Positions 36,436 through 44,662 of a stretch of 55,493 nt of DNA are shown here, one piece after another; the first letter of the stretch is position 1, and each line of letters begins with the position of its first letter. A program made the translations under genes and the position numbers. The stretch comes from Anaerolineales bacterium (GTDB taxonomy: Bacteria > Chloroflexota > Anaerolineae > Anaerolineales > UBA11858): positions 1 to 55,493 of the forward strand of contig JASFVL010000003.1 in the NCBI GenBank assembly GCA_050049875.1. The letters run 5' to 3'. The notes beneath the pieces were generated by a model. It did not search any database and was not told the origin of the DNA. It worked only from the letters and a program-made list of their open reading frames with translations.

Positions 36436-38247
36436 ATGGCACAGAAATCTCTTCCACCTCGCAACAAAGTACCCATCGAAGAGACGTGGAATCTGGAAAG
36501 TATCTTCGCAAGCACTGATGAGTGGGAATCTGCATACCAACAAGTAGTTGATCAAATACCAAAAATGGAAAAATATAAGGGTTTCTTAGCTGAAGGACCG
36601 GATATCTTGTTGGAGTGCCTCAAGGTCTGTGAAGATCTACTCGTCCCAGCGTCAAAAATCTTGGTCTACAGTGGATTAGAACTTTCCATCGATTTGGGTG
36701 ACCAAGATGCATCCGCTCGTGCAGGTCAAGCTCAGGGATTAACTTCCAAGGCGCGGGCGGCTGTTGCCTTCATTGAGCCAGAATTGATGGAAATTGGGTT
36801 TGATACGTTGCAGGAATGGATGACAGCAGACCCCCGTTTGTCGAAATTCAAGCACTATTTCGACCAACTGGAATGGCGCAAAGCGCACGTCCGCTCCGCA
36901 GAAGTGGAGCAGGTCTTGGCATTGGCATCGGAGCCTTTAATACCTCAGATGATGCTGCCAGCTTACGCATATCTGACTAGCGCGGATCTCCAATTTGAAG
37001 CAGCCATCGGTTCCAACGGGGAGGAGATGGAAGTTGGGCAAAGCAGCATCGGCTCCTTGATCACCCATTCCGATCGAGAAATCCGGCGCACGGCTTGGGA
37101 GAACTACGCCGATGCCTATTTGACTTTTAAGAACACGCTGGCAGGTTTGCAAACCATGGCGATACAGCGGGATGTCTTCTTTATGCGGGCGAGGAACTAT
37201 GAATCCTCCCTGGAGGCTTCCTTGAAGCCCAATAACATCCTCATCGAGGTATTTCACAACCTGATCGAGGTCTTTAAAAAGAACTTGCCTACATGGCACC
37301 GCTATTGGCGAGCTCGACGGAAAGCTCTGCGGTATGACAATCTGCACGTCTACGATATCAAAGCACCTGTCACCGAGAGCAAAACTGAAATACCCTACGA
37401 CCTAGCCGTTGAATGGATCACGGAAGGAATGGCGCCCATGGGAGATGAATATATCGAGGTGTTGCGTCAGGGATGTACAAAGAAGCGCTGGGTGGACCGC
37501 GCCCGCAACAAAGGCAAACAACAAGGCGCGTTCTCATGGGGAACTTACGGGACACAGCCCTTTATCCTGATGAGCTATGCTGATGACGTTTTTAGCCTGA
37601 GCACTCTGGCGCATGAACTCGGTCATTCGATGCATTCATACTACACAAACAAGACCCAGCCATTCATCTACTCGCAATATAGTTTGTTTGCGGCTGAGGT
37701 GGCTTCAAATTTCAACCAGGCTATGGTCAGAGATTATTTACTGCGCACACAGAGCAACCCCGAGCTTCAACTAGCACTGCTCGAAGAGACTATGTCCAAC
37801 TATCACCGCTATTTCTTCATCATGCCCACGCTGGCACGATTCGAATTGGAGATGCACCAACGGGTAGAAAATGGCGCACCAGTCAGCGCACAACAGATGA
37901 TCGACTTCACCGCCTCGGTCTTCAAAGAAGGTTACGCCGATGAGGTGGAATTCGACCACGATCGCATCGGCATCACTTGGGCACAATTTGGGCATATGCA
38001 TAGGAACTTCTATGTATACCAATACGCCACAGGGATCTCCGCAGCGCACGCTTTGGTTGATCGTGTATTGAAAGGAAATAACGCCGCAGCAGAAAAATAC
38101 ATCGACTTCTTAAAAGCTGGCAGTTCGATGTACCCACTGGATGCGCTTAAGATGGCGGGCATCGACATGACCAAACCTGAGCCTGTGGAGAAAGCTTTCA
38201 AAGCCCTGGCGGGTTACGTCGATAAGTTTGAGAAATTGGTCAGCTAA
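36436..38247 (+). CDS. pepF: Oligoendopeptidase F
   Basis: TWNLESIF, GAFS, TLAHELGHSMH, AEVAS, YVYQYATG. Confidence 0.95.
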   Translation: MAQKSLPPRNKVPIEETWNLESIFASTDEWESAYQQVVDQIPKMEKYKGFLAEGPDILLECLKVCEDLLVPASKILVYSGLELSIDLGDQDASARAGQAQGLTSKARAAVAFIEPELMEIGFDTLQEWMTADPRLSKFKHYFDQLEWRKAHVRSAEVEQVLALASEPLIPQMMLPAYAYLTSADLQFEAAIGSNGEEMEVGQSSIGSLITHSDREIRRTAWENYADAYLTFKNTLAGLQTMAIQRDVFFMRARNYESSLEASLKPNNILIEVFHNLIEVFKKNLPTWHRYWRARRKALRYDNLHVYDIKAPVTESKTEIPYDLAVEWITEGMAPMGDEYIEVLRQGCTKKRWVDRARNKGKQQGAFSWGTYGTQPFILMSYADDVFSLSTLAHELGHSMHSYYTNKTQPFIYSQYSLFAAEVASNFNQAMVRDYLLRTQSNPELQLALLEETMSNYHRYFFIMPTLARFELEMHQRVENGAPVSAQQMIDFTASVFKEGYADEVEFDHDRIGITWAQFGHMHRNFYVYQYATGISAAHALVDRVLKGNNAAAEKYIDFLKAGSSMYPLDALKMAGIDMTKPEPVEKAFKALAGYVDKFEKLVS

Positions 38248-38351
38248 AATGAAGGGCTGAGGACGAATTGCGGATGGCGAATGATAAAGTGTGTGCGGTT
38301 TTTTTAAAGATTAATGGTGGTAGTTTATGTGGGGATTACACCAGTGTGGCT

Positions 38352-39500
38352 TCATGCACCATAAACATCCATCTCAACAACAAAATTATAGGGATAGGGA
38401 TAGAGAATCTCAGCTCCTTCTGAAGTCACAAGATAGGTGTCCTCGTTGCGAAACCCACCAACACCAGGGATTGCCAGAACCGTATGGCCGATCGTCATCG
38501 TCATGTCTGCTTGAAGTCTAACGTTACGGTGCTGTTTGATGATCGTAGATGCAGGAGTCTCTTCGAATCTCAACCCAATGCCGTGTGAGATGCCGTCGAT
38601 ATGGTAGTCGCCGAGATCATAAGCAGCGCAGATCTCCCGCCCCTTAGAATCCAGGTCCCTGACGGTAATACCGGGGGTCATCAACGCGCGGGTTGCCTCA
38701 ATCATCTCAGTATAAGCGGCGAACAGTCTCTCCTGCGTTTCATTGGGTTCTCCGATCACGAATGTCCGTGCTAGATTCGCACAGTAACCTTCAACTTGTG
38801 GGGTAAGATCAATAATCACGAGGTCCCCCTCTTCCAGCGCTTTGGGACTCAAACTACCATGAAGCATGCAGGTATACACACCAAAGTTTATATAAAGTGG
38901 AGTACTCGTCTTCTCAGCGCCTGATTTCATCATCGTGTAGTGGACTTCGGTGGCAACCTTGCTCGCTTTCACTCCTGGACGCAGCATAGACCTTGCCTGG
39001 TCCATCCCCAATCCCGCGATACGCTGGGATTCCCTCATGAGTTCGATCTCCTCAGGTTCTTTTACTGCGCGCAAGGCATCCATTACCGGATCCGAAGGAA
39101 CCAGCTTAAGTTGTGGATTGACCCGCCGGAACAAGTCAACGAAGAAAGCTGGGGTCTCAAACCACATCTGCATGCCTACCTTTGGCTGCGTGGCATCCGG
39201 AAGGTCATCGAACGAATGACCCAATTCACGGAAAGTCTTGATCACATCGTTAATCTGTTCCCCTACGTGGGTGAAGAGTTTAACTTCAGCCTCACCCAGA
39301 TATTCTCTAAGTTCCGGTTCCTCAGCTGCAAAGGAAATCAGGATTGGTGGACCTTGGAATGGAATGATCGCTCTTGGCTGCGCCCAGTCCCGTCCAAAGA
39401 AGTAACGATAATCATCGTGGTTCATGATCATAATACCCAGCATGTCTTGCTCCCGCATTAATGCCTGAGCTTTCTTAATACGATCAAGGCGTATGCCCAT
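38352..39500 (-). CDS. M24 (pita-bread fold) hydrolase with altered metal ligands
   Basis: RAVKEPEEIELMR, LHG, IIDL, SHGIG, RNEDT; AGGAGG RBS before ATG 39500. Confidence 0.85.
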   Translation of the reverse strand: MGIRLDRIKKAQALMREQDMLGIMIMNHDDYRYFFGRDWAQPRAIIPFQGPPILISFAAEEPELREYLGEAEVKLFTHVGEQINDVIKTFRELGHSFDDLPDATQPKVGMQMWFETPAFFVDLFRRVNPQLKLVPSDPVMDALRAVKEPEEIELMRESQRIAGLGMDQARSMLRPGVKASKVATEVHYTMMKSGAEKTSTPLYINFGVYTCMLHGSLSPKALEEGDLVIIDLTPQVEGYCANLARTFVIGEPNETQERLFAAYTEMIEATRALMTPGITVRDLDSKGREICAAYDLGDYHIDGISHGIGLRFEETPASTIIKQHRNVRLQADMTMTIGHTVLAIPGVGGFRNEDTYLVTSEGAEILYPYPYNFVVEMDVYGA

Positions 39501-39747
39501 CGTCAACCTCCTTTCAAGCTCAATTATTGTTTGTCTATGAAGCACGCTTCCTAAATACCGTTTAAACCTGACCAATATTATAAGGAGAGTAAAGTTTCAG
39601 ACGAGTGAAGAAATTCTCTTCCTACAGCTGAGTATACTACCTCAGCGCTGCAACCAACGAAGCTACGAGACTCTGGATGTATGTCAGAGTCTCAGTTTCT
39701 GACACCATTCGATAAAGATCAGCGAGCTAAGCATAACACACACCCTC

Positions 39748-41283
39748 ATGGAAAATAGTATAATGTCAGGCATGTTAAGAAAGCTCATCTCCTGGCTATC
39801 AAGTCTAAATCTGCGCGCCAAAGTGACTCTCGGAGTGGTAATACCGCTTGTGGTCATCCTGGGATTTTTTACTTGGGCGGAATACCGCCGTCACCGGGAG
39901 TCGGTTCTCACGAACTTGTCTATCCTGGCCACCGAGACTAACCAGGTGATCGAAAACAGCCTGGTGCATGAGATGCTTAACAGGGAAAGCGAGGATATCC
40001 AAGATACGCTGGAAACGATCGGCCAGCAGGAGATCATCAAGGACGTCTACCTGCTGGATACCAGCGGCAGAGTGGTGTTTTCCCCCAAATCTGAGGACAT
40101 CGGTGTGATCTTGGACAACCGCGATCCTACCTGCCAGCCTTGCCATCGCCTGAACCCCAGCGAACGCCCAGGCAGCGTGGTGGTCGATCTGGATGAGCAG
40201 GGGCGTGTCTTCCGCAGCATGAATCCGATCGAGAATCGTCCTGAATGTTACGAGTGCCACGATTCCGAGCAGCGCATTAACGGGCTATTGCTGACGGATA
40301 TCTGGATGGCGCCCCTTGAGAAACCACTGGCAGCTCATCTGAGCGAGAACCTGTTCTGGTGGGGAGGGACGATCCTGGTGACCACATTGCTTGCCAACCT
40401 GGTGGTCTCACGCTTGACCGTGCGCCGACTGGAAAAATTGGCTCACGCGCTGTTCCGCTTCGGTGAAGGAGAGTTCAACCAGCGCCTGCCCGAAGGAAAT
40501 CGGGACGAGATCGGGCAGTTGATCAACTCTTTTAATGAAATGGGCGAGCGAGTTCAGAACAAAACCGAGGAAAACCTAGCGCTATCCGAGCACCTGCGCC
40601 GCCAAAATGAGCAGCGTGGCGAACTGCTGAAGCGTTTGATCAACGCACAAGAAGACGAACGTAAGCGCGTGGCTCGTGAACTTCATGACGAACTTGGGCA
40701 ATCTCTGACATCTCTCGCCTTACAAACAGAGATGGTTAAACAAACACTCGATTCAAACCCCCAAGATGCGATCGATCGACTGGAGGATACACATGCACTG
40801 ATCTCCGACACATCCGACCGCATGTATGATCTCATTTTGGCGCTGCGCCCCTCCTCCTTGGACGATCTCGGCCTCGTGGCGGCGGTGGGCGCCCATGCCG
40901 AGCGACTGTTCGCTAAAAACGATATTAAATTCAACCTGGATGCCAGCAACTTGAATGGTCGCTTACCCCCAGAAGTGGAGATTGCCTTATACCGTATCTA
41001 CCAGGAAGCCCTCACCAACGTGCTGAGGCATTCTATGGCAGACCAGGTAGAGATCACCTTCGCAAGGGATGAGCTTAACTTCAAAGGATCCGTTTGCGAT
41101 AATGGGAGAGGGTTCGAGATTCAATCTATCAGTATGGATGGGAGCAGTCCTAATGGTCTTGGTTTGATCGGTATGCAGGAACGTGCTTCGCAATGTGGTG
41201 GTGAAGTAGAAATATACTCGCATAGAGGAGATGGTACTAAAATTCAGATCACCATCCCCTTAGGAGGGATTGCATGTGAGTAA
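39748..41283 (+). CDS. HisKA_3 sensor histidine kinase with two extracytoplasmic CxxCH motifs and a HAMP domain
   Basis: TM - CQPCH...CYECH - TM - HAMP; ARELHDELGQ; QEALTNVLRH; DNGRGF; GLGLIGMQER. Confidence 0.93.
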   Translation: MENSIMSGMLRKLISWLSSLNLRAKVTLGVVIPLVVILGFFTWAEYRRHRESVLTNLSILATETNQVIENSLVHEMLNRESEDIQDTLETIGQQEIIKDVYLLDTSGRVVFSPKSEDIGVILDNRDPTCQPCHRLNPSERPGSVVVDLDEQGRVFRSMNPIENRPECYECHDSEQRINGLLLTDIWMAPLEKPLAAHLSENLFWWGGTILVTTLLANLVVSRLTVRRLEKLAHALFRFGEGEFNQRLPEGNRDEIGQLINSFNEMGERVQNKTEENLALSEHLRRQNEQRGELLKRLINAQEDERKRVARELHDELGQSLTSLALQTEMVKQTLDSNPQDAIDRLEDTHALISDTSDRMYDLILALRPSSLDDLGLVAAVGAHAERLFAKNDIKFNLDASNLNGRLPPEVEIALYRIYQEALTNVLRHSMADQVEITFARDELNFKGSVCDNGRGFEIQSISMDGSSPNGLGLIGMQERASQCGGEVEIYSHRGDGTKIQITIPLGGIACE

Positions 41284-41926
41284 CATCATTCGAGTATTGA
41301 TCGCCGACGACCACACCATCGTGCGTTCTGGCATCCGTTTGCTGATGGAATCCCAAGCTGATATCGAGGTGGTTGGTGAAGCGCTTAACGGGGAGGAAGC
41401 GGTAAAAATGGTGAGCGACCTCCAACCCGATGTGGTTCTAATGGATATCTCCATGCCCAACCTGGATGGGATGGAAGCCACACGCAGGATTGTTGAACAG
41501 TGGTCCCAAGTCAAGGTACTGGTGTTAACCATGCACCGCGCAGAAGAGTATTTTTTCGAGATGCTCAAGGCAGGGGCGTCTGGATACATCCTAAAAGCCG
41601 CCGAGACGAGCGAGCTGATCAACGCCGTGCGGGTGGTTGCCAGAGGGGAGATTTACCTCTACCCGAGTATGGCTCAAAAGTTGGTCAAGGACTACCTTAA
41701 CTTGGTCGAAGGAGACCACGAACAGGACACCCCACTCAGTCCACGCGAAGAACAAATCCTCGAACTACTAGTAGATGGTTATACGAATAGCGAGATCGCA
41801 GATAAACTTGTGCTCAGCGCCAGTACGGTCCACACCCACCGCTATAACATCATGAACAAACTCGGTTTAACCAGTCGTCACGAACTAATCCAATACGCCC
41901 GGGAACGCGGTTTATTGGGGGATTAA
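41270..41926 (+). CDS. NarL/LuxR-family response regulator
   Basis: ADDH, LMDISMP, LTM, YILK, LSPREEQIL HTH. Confidence 0.95.
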   Translation: MHVSNIIRVLIADDHTIVRSGIRLLMESQADIEVVGEALNGEEAVKMVSDLQPDVVLMDISMPNLDGMEATRRIVEQWSQVKVLVLTMHRAEEYFFEMLKAGASGYILKAAETSELINAVRVVARGEIYLYPSMAQKLVKDYLNLVEGDHEQDTPLSPREEQILELLVDGYTNSEIADKLVLSASTVHTHRYNIMNKLGLTSRHELIQYARERGLLGD

Positions 41927-42047
41927 AAGAAGTACTACCCCTCCACATTCGTAGGTACAGAGCGACCTTGACAGACGGTCAGACTACCTTTAAGCACGGT
42001 CAACCCAAAGCTTCTTAAAGGAGTACCAACTCATCGTGACCCTTACT

Positions 42048-42073
42048 AACGCCAAACGTGTTTGGCGTTTTTT
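42048..42073 (+). terminator. Intrinsic terminator after the two-component pair
   Basis: AACGCCAAAC-GT-GTTTGGCGTT followed by TTTT. Confidence 0.7.
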
Positions 42074-42167
42074 GCCATGCAGAATGGCAAACCCTGCGAT
42101 ATGCGGAAATTAAGAACCCCGCTAATATTCCCTTAATGTTGGACACCTTTATTCATATGGAGACAGA

Positions 42168-42518
42168 ATGCCCCCTCGGCGGGTTTACGTCATCTGGTCC
42201 CACCCCTTATTTCGTGAGTCAGTTTACTTGCTCCTAGAACATCCCGATGTGGTCTTGACAGGTGCAAATCAGGACTACGGCGCGGCGCGTGAGCAAATCA
42301 TCCAACATCAACCCGATGTCATTGTTATCGAAAAAATCGGCGAAGATCAACCATCTGAAATCTATGAAATTCTGGAAAATAGTCCTTGGGACGTGGATGT
42401 CATCGAGCTCAGCCTCATGGACAATCTCTTGAGCGTCTACCATCACGAGCAGCGGGAGGTCAGTCAAGCCCAAGAACTGCTGAATTTGGTTCTTAAAAGC
42501 GGTTCAGATCGGGTCTAA
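42168..42518 (+). CDS. Stand-alone degenerate receiver-like domain protein
   Basis: RVYVIWSHPLFRESV...QPDVIVIE follows the receiver fold but lacks the DD pair and has Glu at the phospho-Asp position. Confidence 0.6.
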   Translation: MPPRRVYVIWSHPLFRESVYLLLEHPDVVLTGANQDYGAAREQIIQHQPDVIVIEKIGEDQPSEIYEILENSPWDVDVIELSLMDNLLSVYHHEQREVSQAQELLNLVLKSGSDRV

Positions 42519-42535
42519 CGAGTCTAAAAGGAGGT

Positions 42536-43969
42536 GTGATGGCGAAATTCCCTAGAAACGAGTACGGACAGAAAAAAATGATCACTGTACCAGAGGAGAG
42601 AGAAATGTTTAAGAAAAAGGTCTTTTGGATGATCGTCGTTTCTGCACTCAGCGCGTTGGTCTTGGTAGCTTGCGCAGGGCAGCAAGGCCCAGAAGGTCCT
42701 CAAGGGCCACAGGGACCTGCTGGACCACAAGGTCCTCCTGGCGAAGAAGGCCCTCCCGGCCCGGGTTTGACCGAGGAACAGGTCGAAGCTCTGGAGTCCG
42801 CGGGTGCGCTGGCAGCATCAGTACCATTTCCGGCTTTGGAAGAACAACATCGCGGTTGCCCTTCCTGCCACGTGCTAGTCGACGAGGAAACCGGACAATA
42901 CACTTTGCCTTATGAAGCTCACGAACGCGCAGAAGCTCGAGGCCACCAACACCCCGAGATCGCTCCAGATGGCACCTCCCTTGCAGTCACCGAGGAGGTG
43001 AACGTGACCGTATGTCTGCAGTGTCACGCACCCGGAACAGGGGATCGGGCAGGCAAAGGGGTTATCGCTCCGCTGGCGTTGAGGGACATCGTCCACCCAG
43101 CCCACATGAGTAGTCAATTTTTTAAGTTGCACTATGGCGGCAACTGTTTCACCTGCCACAACGTCAATGGGGAAGGCGAGTTCGAACTGCTGACACAAAC
43201 TTTCGCAATGAACGAAAAGGGCGTGCCCGACCCCGACAACTTGCCCATCCCGGGAGCCATCGAACTTCACGAGCATGAAGAGGAAGCTGAAGCTGAACCT
43301 GCTGATGAAGGAGCGGTATCGTTGGGCGGTCGGATATACGATAAATGGTGGAAAGTAGTCAGCGCCGAGGAACCCACTGAAGACCATCCCATCTGGACTC
43401 GCCAAGATAGCAACACCCGTGAAGGGGATGACACCTGGCGCTGCAAGGAATGCCACGGTTGGGATTACCAAGGTGCGGAGGGGGCTTACGGCTCCGGTTC
43501 ACACTTCACAGGTTTTCCGGGCGTCTTGAGCGCTCAGGACAAAACCTCCAACGACTTACTAGCTCAACTGAGCGGCGAAGTTGACCCAGAGCATGATTTT
43601 TCAGCGATCGGTGAGCAGGGTCTCAACGCTCTAGTCAGTTTCCTACAGCAAGGCACAATCGACGTAAGCCCCTACATCGACGAAAATAAGAACGCTGTCG
43701 GCGGTGACAACGCGAACGGTGAAGAACTCTACGCTTCAACCTGTATTGCTTGCCATGGTGAGGACGGCAGAACCCTGAATTTTGGGGATGAAGAAGAACC
43801 AGAGTACGTCGGAACGATCGCTGTTGACAACCCTTGGGAGTTCATTCACAAAGTGCGCTTCGGTCAACCAGGAACAGGTATGCCAGCCGTATTTGACACT
43901 GGCTGGAGCATGCAGGACGTGGTTGACCTCATGGCCTTTGCACAAACACTACCCACAGGAGCTCCCTAG
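42536..43969 (+). CDS. Pentaheme c-type cytochrome lipoprotein with collagen-like stalk
   Basis: Lipobox LVAC; 10 Gly-X-Y triplets; CPSCH, CLQCH, CFTCH, CKECH, CIACH. Start may be 42539 or 42605. Confidence 0.9.
   Translation: MMAKFPRNEYGQKKMITVPEEREMFKKKVFWMIVVSALSALVLVACAGQQGPEGPQGPQGPAGPQGPPGEEGPPGPGLTEEQVEALESAGALAASVPFPALEEQHRGCPSCHVLVDEETGQYTLPYEAHERAEARGHQHPEIAPDGTSLAVTEEVNVTVCLQCHAPGTGDRAGKGVIAPLALRDIVHPAHMSSQFFKLHYGGNCFTCHNVNGEGEFELLTQTFAMNEKGVPDPDNLPIPGAIELHEHEEEAEAEPADEGAVSLGGRIYDKWWKVVSAEEPTEDHPIWTRQDSNTREGDDTWRCKECHGWDYQGAEGAYGSGSHFTGFPGVLSAQDKTSNDLLAQLSGEVDPEHDFSAIGEQGLNALVSFLQQGTIDVSPYIDENKNAVGGDNANGEELYASTCIACHGEDGRTLNFGDEEEPEYVGTIAVDNPWEFIHKVRFGQPGTGMPAVFDTGWSMQDVVDLMAFAQTLPTGAP
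42677..42766 (+). repeat. Collagen-like (Gly-X-Y)10 coding repeat
   Basis: GQQ GPE GPQ GPQ GPA GPQ GPP GEE GPP GPG. Confidence 0.9.
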
Positions 43970-43994
43970 TAATCCCTCGTTACATAAAATTGGG

Positions 43995-44023
43995 CGTAGA
44001 AGGTTGAACATCCACCTTCTACG
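43995..44023 (+). promoter_or_regulatory. Intercistronic stem-loop without a U-tract
   Basis: CGTAGAAGGT (43995-44004) / ACCTTCTACG (44014-23). Confidence 0.5.
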
Positions 44024-44052
44024 TCCCACAAGAATCTTGGAAAAACTCATCT

Positions 44053-44565
44053 ATGACTCGAAAAGTCTTTCTCGTCATCGCAGTGATACTCATTCTCTTC
44101 GCAGCTTGGGCGGTGATCACTAGAATGCGCGTTTACGCCGCTCCTGAACAGCCGCTCAAGTACAGCCATCGAGTTCATGTAGAGGCGGGCATTCAGTGTT
44201 TGTACTGCCACCCCAACGCATTGCGCTCCACAGTGGCTGGTGTGCCCTCCGTCCAGAAGTGTATGGGATGTCATGAGGTGATCGCTACCGACAACCCAGT
44301 AGTGGTAGAGCTGACTGGTTACTGGGAGAGGGGGGAACCCGTCCCATGGAAACGGGTCAACCTGCAGCCTGATTTCGTTTATTTCAGCCACCAACCCCAC
44401 ATGGGGGCGGGGATGAGTTGCGAGAGCTGCCATGGTGCAGTCGGACAGATGGACGCGGTCCAACCGGTTTACAAGATGGACATGGGTTGGTGCTTGGACT
44501 GTCATTTGGAACAACCCGAGGAAAAAGTCGCTCGATTAGCTGACTGCCTAATCTGCCACAAATAG
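44053..44565 (+). CDS. actA: Membrane-anchored pentaheme cytochrome c (ActA/QrcA-like)
   Basis: N-terminal TM, PEQPLKYSH, CLYCH, CMGCH, YFSH, CESCH, MGWCLDCH, CLICH. Confidence 0.88.
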   Translation: MTRKVFLVIAVILILFAAWAVITRMRVYAAPEQPLKYSHRVHVEAGIQCLYCHPNALRSTVAGVPSVQKCMGCHEVIATDNPVVVELTGYWERGEPVPWKRVNLQPDFVYFSHQPHMGAGMSCESCHGAVGQMDAVQPVYKMDMGWCLDCHLEQPEEKVARLADCLICHK

Positions 44566-44662
44566 GAACTAACCCGAGCTGACCCACAAAATTCCGACCG
44601 GCCTCCCGCTATAGAGGGGCTTAGCTGCTTGACCATAAGACAAAAGACGAATTAAAGAAATA

